A DNA stretch of 64,000 nt from NCBI GenBank assembly GCA_032718475.1, contig JAUCBJ010006460.1, forward strand, positions 2,639-66,638, written 5' to 3'. Under the pieces are notes generated by a model. That model was not told where the DNA came from. It was given only the letters and a program-made list of their open reading frames with translations, and made no database searches. The DNA comes from Nemertoderma westbladi (lineage: Eukaryota; Animalia; Xenacoelomorpha). Positions 1 to 11,667 of this stretch are shown piece after piece (position 1 is the stretch's first letter; every line of letters begins with the position of its first letter). Both the position numbers and the translations under genes were made by a program.

Positions 1-3000
1 ACTATAAATGGCTGTTTAGTCCTCTCTGCGTAGGAAAAAAATGAAAAAAACAAGTAACCAGCACTTTTCAGTTAGAACACAAAATTTTTAATTCACTTAT
101 ACGATGCTATAAATTCACATTTTCAGGTTTTCGAGGGCGCTGATTCTAATGGAATACATTTCTAATATGCCAGATCATTGCTACTTGTATTTTTCGGCGT
201 AATTTAGCAAATTTTGGTGCTAGCACCAAATTTCGCACCCATCACCAAAAAGTACAAGTTTGCGATGTCCAGTGCCTTTTTTTATTGATTCCATCGGATT
301 CAGGACCATCATAAACCCGTATAACGCAAGAAACAAGGTGATACTATCTACTTATCAATTTGCATATTTTCCAAAATTTGGTGCTGGCACAACAATTTTC
401 ACCCACCGGCGAAAAATACAAGTTTCAGAACTCTTATGAAATTTTTTACTGATTCCATTGAATTCAGAACCATCACAAACCCGTATAACGCAAGAAACAA
501 GGTGACACAATCAATTGGGCTCATTCCAAAGTAAAGTACGGGACATTCGTACACAATTTTAAACTTTGATTGCCTGTACAATGTTATCCACAGCACATAT
601 GTGCACAAAATTGTGCTTGGATTAAACTTTCGAATATCAGCTTTGATTTCGCGAAGCTTATGGCGGGACTTAGTCACTTTTGAGAAAATGCCAGCTTGTC
701 CAATTAAGGTAAAGTACGGATTCGTACGAAATGGTATTTTTTAATTTATGATTTCAATTCTAAAATTTAGCGAATTGTGCGCAGGTACGGTGTTGAGTTG
801 ATGTTTAGGATAAAGCTGTATTATTAAGCTTAAATAAACATATAAATATAAGACGAATTGCTGCATTGCTAATTTTTTACAGTGTGGTTTGTGTGGTAAA
901 GTATGGGACATTGCTAAGTAAAGTACGGGACCTGTACGAATTTTATGGTCAAAATGGTCTCTTACACTTAAACTAACAGTAATTTCTGGATAATTAGTGA
1001 TAATAATGTGCAACTAAGTATTTCCAACCAAGATATGGATACAAAATGTGGGGCGGCCCACAAATTGACCCGAAGTCTTAGCATATGGGTGCCCTTAGGA
1101 GTTGTATGTCATCTGTCTAATTTTTGATCGCTAATACTGTATATCTCGGTCATTTTTAGATGAAATTAAACCAAACCTGGTACGTATGAAGTCTGTCAAA
1201 AGTTTGGAAAGAATCTGAAGTTTAAGGAATCAAAGGTCACATATCAGACAGTCTGTCTGTTGGTACCGATAGTTTCAAAATTTTGATAAAAACCGAAATA
1301 AGTCCGCCATCATTGATGAAATATAACCAAACTTGGTATGTAGTCTGTAAAAAGTTTAGAATTTCTTTCAATTTTTCTGAAAATGTATCAATTACTGTAC
1401 TTACCGATCTTCTTCTCTGCTAAAAAACTAAATTTTTTGAAATTTGTTGTAAAGTACGGGACTTTACATGCATAAACTCAAAGATTAGTTAATTGAGGAA
1501 TGATTCTTAGTTCAAATACATACTTCTATGATTCCCCCTACCATCACCCTAAAGCATTATAACACTCCTGCCCTCCAGGTTTCATATATTACATTAATAC
1601 AGTGCACTAATGTAATCGCCATTATAATGGTAAAGTATGGGACAATTTTCAATTGGCCGTTATGATGTTTCTGAGGGAGTAGATTATGAAAACTACAGGT
1701 AATTGTTTCTTAAGATGACGCAACACAAACGTGCTTTGCATTCCACTGGGTGATTGGGCTGATTTATACTACTTCTCTGTGTATAAATTAAAAATTTCAC
1801 TATTTTTTGGTAAAGTATGGGACTTTACATGCATAAACCCAAAGATTTCTTGACTGAGGAATGATTCTCAGTTCAAATATAGACTCCTATTCTTACGGCC
1901 GACTATGACCTTAGAGTATTATAACACTCCTGGCTTCACATATTACATTAATACAGTGCACTAATATAATCGCCATTTTGATGGTAAAGTATGGGACAAT
2001 TTTCAATTGGCCGCCATGATATTTCTGAGGGAGTGAAGATGAAACTAATTGTTTTATACGATGACGCAACACAAACGTGCTTTGCATTCCACTGGGTGAT
2101 TAGGCCGAGTTACATCTCTGTGAATAAACTAAAAATTTCACTATTTTAGGTAAAGTATGGGACATCACAAGATTAACTTTATCGATTTCATTACAGAGGA
2201 ATGAAACACTGGTGAAATTAAATGAAACCAAAAAAATTCGAAAATGGGTTTGTTTTTGATTTGGTACATGCTCAGACATGTTAATTTATTGGTCATGGGA
2301 AGTGCCTACAGGAAACGAAACTTTTGCACACTTTTATTCACATTTTGTGCAGAGCAGGTGCATAATTTGTAATTCGACTATTTTTGATAAACCACCTGTG
2401 TTGATACAATTTTTAGCACTGAATTCATGAAGTACGATAAATTTTGACCTAAAATAAGTATAAATTCAAAGCTACATCTCATTTTTAGAAATTAGTGGGG
2501 AGGTTGACCTTTTCATGGAATGAGCCATTGATATATTTGATGGTTTTCAAAATTTGGTGCTAGCACCACATTTTGCACCCACATCCGAAAAATACAAGTT
2601 TGAGATGTCTAGTTCGATAATTATATTTTCCATTGAATTCAGAACAGCCATAAACCTCTAAAACGCAAGAAATAAATTGTCACAAGCAATTTTATATATT
2701 GAATGGATTTTCAAAATTTCGTGCTAGCACCAAAATTAGCACACAGCACCGAAAAATACAAGTTTGATACGCTTGGTTCAACTCGTATATATTTCATCGA
2801 ATCCAGAACCTCAAAAAACCCCAATTGCGTAAAAAACAAGTTTCAAACAATCAATTTACAAAATTGACTTATTTCAAAATTTGGTGCTGGCACCAAAATT
2901 TGGCACCCATCGAAAAAAACAAGTTTGAAATTTCTAAATCAATTTATATGAATTCCATCCAATTTCTAAGACCAAAAAACCGGTGTAAATCAAAAATAGA

Positions 3001-3255
3001 GATGTTACAATTCATATTTAATGAAATGTAATTTTCAAAAAACGTCTCAAAAAAAGTGCCAAAAGTAGGGTTTAAAAATGGTGCTATAACTCGAAAAGTG
3101 CCTAATATTTTTGAAAACGGTTTTCACTACCATGAAGACAATAGATTTTTAGGAAAAGTCATAAAATTTCAGATTCCCAACTGCGTATGTTTCAGAATTA
3201 TAATAAAAAAACCACGGGGGGGGTCATATTGACCCCCCCCCCGGGTTTAATAGGG
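1..3255 (+). mobile_element. Non-autonomous piggyBac-like (TTAA) MITE, copy 1; 5' end lies outside the window; interrupted by a nested element
   Basis: Near-identical to 59970-61551 and to the reverse complement of 14698-16251; ends ...CCGGGTTTAATAGGG followed by TTAA (3256-3259). Confidence 0.88.
518..2526. mobile_element. Non-autonomous TIR DNA transposon nested in MITE copy 1
   Basis: 11-bp perfect TIR GGCTCATTCCA/TGGAATGAGCC; 4-bp TSD ATTG (514-517 and 2527-2530); the empty site CAATCAATTGATAT is present in the other two MITE copies; internal repeated TAAAGTAYGGGAC motif. Confidence 0.9.
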
Positions 3256-3598
3256 TTAAGGTAACGTATTCTTAAGCCTATGAAAAATTTTATTACATAA
3301 ATGCTTAAGAACATAGATATAGATGGATATTCCTTTCCACTGTATATTCAAATTATGTAAGAATGCAAACACTCCTGGTTATAAGTTACTTAATTCTTCA
3401 TTGGAATTCTTCATTAGTCTGTCAGTGCGACAACTCAGCTGTACAGGACAAACATCATGTTCTACTTCACTGTCCTACAGTACCGTATGTCTCCACATAT
3501 ACGTAGTAAGTTTAGCATCCGGTAGTGCAATCAGATTTGCAGAGCCTTTTTGCCTTGTCGACAGAACTTTGGTGCTAACTATTTAATTTTAGTAATTA

Positions 3599-4765
3599 TC
3601 AATAAATATAATATATTACTACTAATACAGTATAATGTAAATGCATTGGCAATAATGCCAAATGAATCATGAAAGTTTTCCTAAACGAATCACTTGCTTC
3701 ATCCTCATCGCTCGTTTCACTATCTTCGCCACTATCTTTGCCGCCTTCTTGTTCCTCGTCACAATTTATCAAAATATTGCTGATGTCATCAGGGAAATAC
3801 TCATCCGACCACTGGATGGATCCATCATAATTCCAGCCATTATCTGTGAATCTCTTTATCGTGATATAATTATTTAGTGATGCTTTCCAGAGGTAAGCAA
3901 CATAGTTGGCTCGTTTTATATGGAGACTAAGTACTCTTTTACAAGGGGGCATTGTTGACAAGTCATGGCATCTATGTTTCTTTAGGCAGTGCAATGTTGT
4001 TCTTGTTTGGTTGAATACAGTGAGCACACATATTTCTCTAACACCAATTCCGTCTCTGCAGTTAATATTATCGAGCTTCCAAGCTCGGCAAATATTCTTC
4101 TGAAGTTCGAACGCTTTTCAGCTATCTTCCAACAGCGTTTTTTAGATTTTCCAAAGAATGATGAAACCTGATCGTTTCCTGTAAAAGCGTGTACTCCTAG
4201 TACGCAATCTTTTAGTTCTGTTGGCATTTCGAAATCACTAATTCGCAATACCTTGCGGGATTTGTTCCTTCCATTATCTAAAATAACGTTTTGATCGTGA
4301 GGATGTCGAAAAAAATGTAAACCTTACTTTTATCGGCACTGAAATGGCCCTTTCTTTTTAATATTGAGTTAAAGAATGTCTTGTTGAAATGTTAAAAAAA
4401 AATGTTAAAAAATGTTAAAAGAATGATTTTGGGAATTCTTTCTGTATTATCTTTCAGCGACTCAATATTTGGTAGCTTACCACCACTTATGTTTTCATGT
4501 TTGTCTATAAATTCGACAACATCATCATGGATATATTCAGCCGCATTCCTAATTATTATATTCTTATCTTTGGCTATTGTATTTGATTGCAATGCGGATG
4601 AAAAGGGTACAAGTTCTGGAGTTTTCCCATCAACCTGTAAGAAGGTAATTATATCCTTATACTCTTGTTGGATCCGCTTCTTTAATGTACTGCGATAACA
4701 TCTTTCATTGTCTGTACCAAAACCTGTTCCATATGCTTACAAATACCCGTATACTCCTCTGCCAA
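3599..4765 (-). pseudogene. Academ-like (XPG-type nuclease) transposase remnant, central and C-terminal part, frameshifted and internally deleted
   Basis: VHAFTGNDQVSSFFGKSKKRCWK...YVCSLY...PPCKRVLSLHIKRANYVAYLWK...GW matches the XPG-like C-terminal domain of Academ-type transposases; upstream fragment RSTLKKRIQQEY...IIRNAAEYI. Confidence 0.62.
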
Positions 4766-6722
4766 CCTAATAAGTTCTCGTCTAACCAATAAGACACAAA
4801 GACTGCTCTACTGTTAAGTAAAGGGGATCAGGAGCGTGATATTACTAAATTGTAAAGGTTGCTAAATACAAAACCGCTACTTACCGTTAGATGGCGCTAA
4901 TCTGCCGTCCGCTAATATAATTTACTAAATTTACACGGCTCCTGCAAAATCGCTTGTTCCTTTCTCTACCGATCGCTCGATAGAGAGCTAACTGTTCGAA
5001 TCTATGAGCCACGCGGGAATAACCAAAACAATAAACCCGAGTCGGCTCCCTAAGCTTACTTAAGACGAGTGCGAGAGGCCTTGCACTCAGAGTATTCTTA
5101 CGCCTAATTTTATCACTATTAAAGCACGCTATTGCCTACGTCTTTTCTAATCGCGAATACTGGGGGTTCCCTAACGTAATGTGTGAATGCGAGAATATTT
5201 AAATTATCAAAATGGTACAGTATTTGTCTCTACGTAAATAGTACCGCTCCGGGTCTAAACTTGCCTGCAGCTGGCTTTAGGCCAGCAAATTACTAGCGTG
5301 TTGTGCGTACTGGATAGTGCGATCTAGCTGATTGCCCGCTAATGCAAATAACCGCTCAGCGTGAATAGTTTACAGTACTCGAATTATTACCTTAGCTACT
5401 CTCCGCTATGCTGCGTACTAAGTCTTAATTTTACTAATCAATTACAGTCACAAATATGTAACAGCGTACTAATTACTAAGAGTTCCAGAATGCGTAATTC
5501 TAATTTATTACGTAACAGGTTTCGCTAGTAATAGCCTAAATTGCCGTATTACTTTGACCTAATCAGTAATTATTTGTTGTAACTAAGAAATAGAAATCAA
5601 TCAGCGTCAGCAATCACAGTTCGCAATTATGCAGTTAACTACTGTATAACCCACAGTTGTGCGATTCACTATTCGTACTCCACACTCTACGCTGTGATAC
5701 GTGCAGGCCTCTCCCGGGTACACATAGGATTCCTAACTAACCCGATTCTTGCCCCCTAATACTAACTAGAGACGAAACCTGGATTATCAGCCCCCTAATT
5801 ACTGTACCGGCGAATGGTCTGCATACCACAGTGTGAACTACCCGACCGCAACGGTGACCCCCCGCCAGCGTTGCCCGCCTTTGAATCCTCCGTTCTCCCT
5901 TAGTCGCTCAACCCCCCGATGTGCCCACCGCCTACTGGCACCTTAGCCCTCCATTATGCTAATAGCTACCGTAGCGGCGCATGCAAATCACAAAGTCTGA
6001 CAGTCTCAGAAATCCCTTAGGATTATTGCGTAGAAAGGAATCACATAGAACCATTAACAAAGGATAGAAATCATAGTTCCGGTTGTAATTAGCAGTAATC
6101 GATAGGATTAATTGAGAAACAACCCTATCAAAGCTGAAGTTAAGGTTGTAAGGTACAGCTCTACCGGCAAACCGCCAATTTATAGGTGATCCGAATGGGG
6201 TGATGCAATAGGGTGACTCAATCGCTCTCCTATTGGCTCTCCAGTCCGCGCTAGCACTAGACCAACCTGGAAGCAGTTAGTCCAATAAGGAGGCCGGATT
6301 GTAGCCCTATTGCTCCCCAAACCTCAAATTATTACCATATATGGTAATGGATCATGTCCCTGGCTGCTGAATGGCCAGGACAGCGTCCCTATATGCTAGC
6401 CCTATTGATGCTAATAACAGCAAGCACAAAATCCAGGGTCCGACTAAACTTGCTACCCTGGAACTATCTACCTATATCCTAATACAAAATTACGTAGGTA
6501 GGGCTACATATTATACAAAATGGATGGATTCAAATATATGGGCGTTTTGATTTCCCTATCTAAATATCACCTCGCTATTATACCTTATCTAAAATATTAT
6601 GCTGCACAACGGACTAACATTACGTACAGTATAACGGACTAATATTGCGTACAGTATAACGGACTAATATATTATACTGCATAATGGCTAATAATGTGGA
6701 TACAGTGCCATATACCGTAACA
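4766..6722 (-). repeat. 3' LTR of element A (at least 1.9 kb, truncated)
   Basis: Minus strand TGGAGCGG|TGTTACGGTATATGGC; the same junction precedes the LTR in B (TGGAGCGG|TGATGG) and a similar one in D (TGAACAGG|TGTTACGATATATGGC); CCAAT boxes and TATAAA on the minus strand near 6180-6240; no terminal CA seen. Confidence 0.65.
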
Positions 6723-7194
6723 CCGCTCCAAGGGAAATCATATAATGTTTCCCTCCAACTGTAGAAGAGTATAAGGTGATGTATACAAACAAAATAAATT
6801 TCTTCCAAATAATCTAAATACTTGATACTATAAATCCTACTATTTACAAAATATTGCTATAGATATTGCATAATGAATTGCATACAAATTAAATTTACAA
6901 ATATTATCTCTCTCATTCAAATTAAATTTACAAAATATTGTTTCTCGTTCGTACTACATAATGATTACTACATACAAGATCAAATATAAAAATTTTGCTA
7001 GGGCAAGTGAAAGGAGTAAGCCAAACCCGCAGGTTTGTCTCCCCAATCACTTCCTTCGCCTCTCTCATAATATAAATTCAAAACAGCTCAACTAGTGTAT
7101 ATGAGTCTAGTCGAATATTTCTAAAATGCTACAATATACATCAGAGCGACGATGATGTATATATCTAGAGTCTGTCGCCCTGTGCTATAATGTA

Positions 7195-10100
7195 TCATCG
7201 ACCCGCTCCTGGGTTCTTCGGGCTCGCTCCTCTCTTTCGCCCTCTTCCCAGATACACCAGTCTACCTCCTGTAGACTCCGTTGACGGCGTCCGTGAGGCG
7301 TCACTCCCCGGAACCGGCGACGATGTTCCCTGAGCCCCGACAGATTCCCGGCTCGTGCTTCTTCCTCGGCCTCGTCCCAATTGTCGTGCTCCCGTGGTCG
7401 CTTCCGCCAACTCTTCCTTATGCAGTTGCACACGCGCCTTCTCCGACGCTCCCTGCGCCTTGCGCTGCAACCGCTGTGCTTCTATAATAGAGTGATAGTG
7501 GTCGTCCTTGACTTGACGCTTGTCTTGGACCCCTCCTCCTGGTTCCTTCCGCGAGCCTTGAGTTCCAGCGGTCGTCGCTGTGGTCGCTGCGATCCTCTGC
7601 TCCTGTATCCTCTCAGCGGTCAATGACCCCACTGGCACATGAGTCAACAAGAATTCGTTGCGGTATTGAATAGCCGCCATCCTCCAATCACCTCGCGCGC
7701 GTACCACTTTTCTAGTCTCCGAAAATACACCCTTCGTGATTCGATCGCAAATAGCAACGAAGTTCCAAGTGTATTTGTTATCCATATTCAACTGTCTGAA
7801 GTATTCTCGGACTACGATAACTCCAGTGTTTTGTGGAAGGTCTTGAGCAGTTAGGATGAGTTCCTGATATTGTGGTAGCGATTGTAGATATGGCTCGTAC
7901 GCAACATGTGATGGGTCTACCGCCCAAAATCCATATCCCGCCTTGAATGGTAACCAACGCATCTGCGCTTGAATATGGTAGTCAGCCACACTCTCCCACT
8001 TATCTAACATCTCCCGAAGTAGGTTAGCGCTATGGTTTTGAAAGGAATCATCTCGCAGCTGACATCTCGCGCTACGATGTCCCTTTACCCCACAATATCC
8101 ACATTGAGAAATGAAGACGGTGCACGTGTGAAACGAATGGTCGGTCTCATTACACCAACGACAGACCTTATGCGCCGCCTCTACTACCGCGTCGCACGAC
8201 TTTAGATTGTGCCTTGTGCTGCCGCACAACTTACACCTCCGCGCTTGTGGAAACCAGGCCCTCTCGTATATGAGGTCTCCAATCGGTTTCGCACTTCCTT
8301 CTTTCCCAATGTCTAATACAATGTCGTCCTCTCCGGACAACGGTTGTCGATCCGGAATAAAGTAAACATCCTCGCCCTTGTCCTCTATCTCCAATATTTC
8401 CTCCCGCGTTCGTTTCGGATATGTCTTCTCCACCGGAAGATCTACTCCGAACACCTCTACTAACGTCTCCGGCCAGCCCTCCTTAACAGGTCTATCAGCC
8501 TCCGAGTGGAAGGGAGTACCAAACCCGCGGGTTTGATTCCCGAACCACTTCTCCAAAGCCTCTGGCGTCGGATATTCCATCGACGGTCGGTCTCCCAAAT
8601 CTCCGATGTTCTGTCGATATACTCCTTGGAATATCGCTAATCCTCTCCTAACCATCGACGTATTCTCTAACGATTGGTTGAAGAACGGGGTTAAGAAACG
8701 CTTCATCACGTCGGATTGGATTCCCCCTTTCGAGCGAACGTATTGATCTCCTCCGAATACCAATGGATGACGCTTCAAAACTCGCGCAACGATATCCGCT
8801 AATAAACAAGTTAGTGTTCGACTCAAGCACCAAATAATATTGTAGCGACGCACGGGGTGGCGCGCAAATGTTCCAATACACTAACGCTTGCCGCTTGAAG
8901 TGGGATTTGAACTCCGCTCCCGGTGGCGTGTTGTATTCACCATACGCCTCCTCGTACTTCTTCTGCGTCTTTAACTTAAAGTCCCAATTATACAACAAGT
9001 GTGCTATAAAGCCCATACCAGTCTTGGCAGAGTTGGGATACTCCCTATAAAATCCAATATCCTGTGCCCATAGCAACAATAGCTTGGTGTCGACAAACGG
9101 TCTCGGCAATCTATCTTCCAGATCGGTCATGGCGTTGAAGTCGCTCTCCAAATCGCTCTGGACTCCCGATCCCACCTTGACGTAATCTTGGTTGAGAATA
9201 GCCTCTCTAACTTTCTTGGGTAGCATCCTGGCGTCGATACGCTCCGCTCCGTGCATACCTCCTCGCCTGCATACCTCCAAAATCTGCTCCCTAGGATCCT
9301 TCCCTTTCCGATATTGTGTCGTTATGATGGGCTCCGGTCTCTCTCGATCCGCCCTCACACGCATAAACACATGAGTCACACCATCGGCCGCACGAATTTG
9401 AATACACTTGCTGGTCATACATTCCTGATGGGATCCTCCTTCATTGTCGTAGAACATCACCCTCCAATCCTGCAGTGATTCCTCCGTTTTCCTCCACTGA
9501 CGCTGAATCTCGTCTGATGGGGTCCACATGCGCTCGATAGCCTTGTGGTCATCATATCGGGTATAAGAACCCTTCCTCCTCAGCCACGTCTGGTCTACCT
9601 CCTCGTCATCTGGGAATGTAGCCACCGCGACCCATACCTTGATGTACTTATCCAACCATCCAAATAGTTTGCTCTCCTTCCCCGGAGCTCCAATCTTATC
9701 CAATGTGTCGTAATCTGTGATCTGCATTGGGACATCACGCAAGAACTTCGCGCATAAAACTTCCCGTAGACAGTCAACGTTCCAATGATCCGCCATTCTT
9801 ACCATCGGCAAGAATCGTATCGCTTCTCGCGACTCCGGATGATCTACTAATATCGCAGGTTCGGTGCCGTCGGAATAATACACCGGTCGGGGTTGAGATA
9901 CGACCTGTGGAACAAATCCGGTCACTCTCCTCGTCTCCTCTTGATGTCTATCCGCGGCCTTATTATACTCCGCTATTCTATTCTCAAATAACTCTTTCGC
10001 CTTCGCCGCTCGTTCCTCCTGCCGCAACGCGTCTATGTCGTCCTGATGCTCAGGCGTGAGGCTTCTCACTCGGTGAGGCGAAGTAAACGCAGTCCAGGGA

Positions 10101-10900
10101 CTCGAGAGCTCCAAACCCGCGGGTTTGGTACCCGAGTCCCGTGCCGCTTCGCGCCGCGCCTCTAGATCCTTATAGGCTCGGTATAGCGAAATGGCCGCTG
10201 CCGTCTCTATCAAACTGGGTATCGAACAGGGTTTAATCTCCGTATACGGATCTAATGTCGTAACGGTCGGCGTAATGGGTCTCGGAGGTCGCTTTCCGCT
10301 GAAGTCGATACTGATCATCGGGTTGCTCATCGGGTAACCTCCCTCGTTGTATCTAAGGAACTGGTGAGCTGGACATCGCGTTAATATCGGTTCTGGATGT
10401 TGCTCGTCTAGTCGATCGGAAATCGCTACGTCTTGCTTATTCATGCATTCACCACACTTGTAGAACAGCTTGTACACGCTGAAGACCTTCGGCGTCTCCT
10501 GATCCTCGCCTCGAGTCCTCCGGTACAGATGCATTCCGTCGAACTGATCTCGGACTGCAGGTAGAGGTTCTTCGTGTCGTAAATACATATTCATATGGTA
10601 CAGTCGTGCGATCTCCTCATCCGGGTCTGCACTAATGTCACATACATCCAAAGCGAAGTCGTAGGGATACCGAGTGCGATACTCTCTCCGCAAAACTTCC
10701 ATCCGGTCCCCCAACGCTCTCATTCTTTCCCTCCGTAATTCCTTATCATAAGTCGGTTTATATTTTCCGTTTAGCTCCATCACGGACCGCCCATGGTAGT
10801 AAACGTTAGAGTCTTTACATCCTGGTCGCGCGAATGGTAGCTCCGCCTCCTCTCTGGCAGTAAATCCTCTGCGCGGTTGCGCTCTAATATCCTTCTCCAT
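7195..10900 (-). CDS. Accessory protein of element A (~1235 aa when repaired): DEDDy RNase D/WRN-like 3'-5' exonuclease plus three CCHC zinc knuckles; one frameshift near 8812
   Basis: ORFs 8648-10900 and 7195-8853 join when compared with D (QSNTVTCL). Motifs MFYDNEGG, CIQIR, LPKKVREAILNQDYVKVGSGVQSDL, PFVDT, YYLVLE; knuckles CKLCGSTRHNLKSC, CRWCNETDHSFHTC, CGYCGVKGHRSARC; RG-rich tail. Confidence 0.8.
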
Positions 10901-11667
10901 TATGCCTCGCGTATATACATATATATATCACAATAAGTGCCGTTACGTAACCAATTACACAAATCAGTTAGATCAGTTACACAGATCAGTTAAATCAGTT
11001 AGATGTCGCCGAAAGACAGACCTCCCGACCCCCCCCCCCCCCCCCCCGCTTTCCAGCAGTTCAGGTTCGACTCTCTAGATCCCGTCTCTTCCTAACTAAC
11101 TATCCTCTAACCTATTCCCATGCATAGCGCAAAACTTTGGAGATAAACTGGCCGTGACCAACTCACTTTTTGATGCCCAAACTACTCCCATTACTCATAC
11201 TAAACTACAGTAGTTAGAAAGGACCATAGCCACAATACTCGACTATACCAAACCCACAGTTTTGATAATCGAACATCACACATCACTGCAAACTACTGAG
11301 TGGGGTCCATGTACGCCTCTGGTTGCACTGTTGGCACCAATCTGTGGAAGTTGCTAAACTCAATTTACACTCCTACGTAATATAGCCATCACCATGGTTT
11401 CTAAATGCTATTTTCCAGGCTTCACGACTTTTCAAATTACTGTTTATCTATAGACGAATTTTAAAACGCGTCTATACACAGCGTCTGGAATTGTCTTGGG
11501 TTCACTTCTAATTTTTAAAATTTTAAATTTTCCAAAATATTTTTGAAATAAAATTTTGTTTTGATACCCACCAGACAAAACTTAACGCAAATCACCACAA
11601 CCCCGCTCCTATGCATTTCCTTGTATCTGCATACGAGGAATGCATACGAAGTGAGTTGCGTCTAACA

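Noticed and set aside
8648-8853. Programmed frameshift between two accessory ORFs
   Set aside because: D and B read through in frame here; A simply lacks 2 nt.
7195-10900. Envelope gene in the env position
   Set aside because: No signal peptide, transmembrane segment or furin-site pattern seen; motifs fit a nuclease with zinc knuckles.
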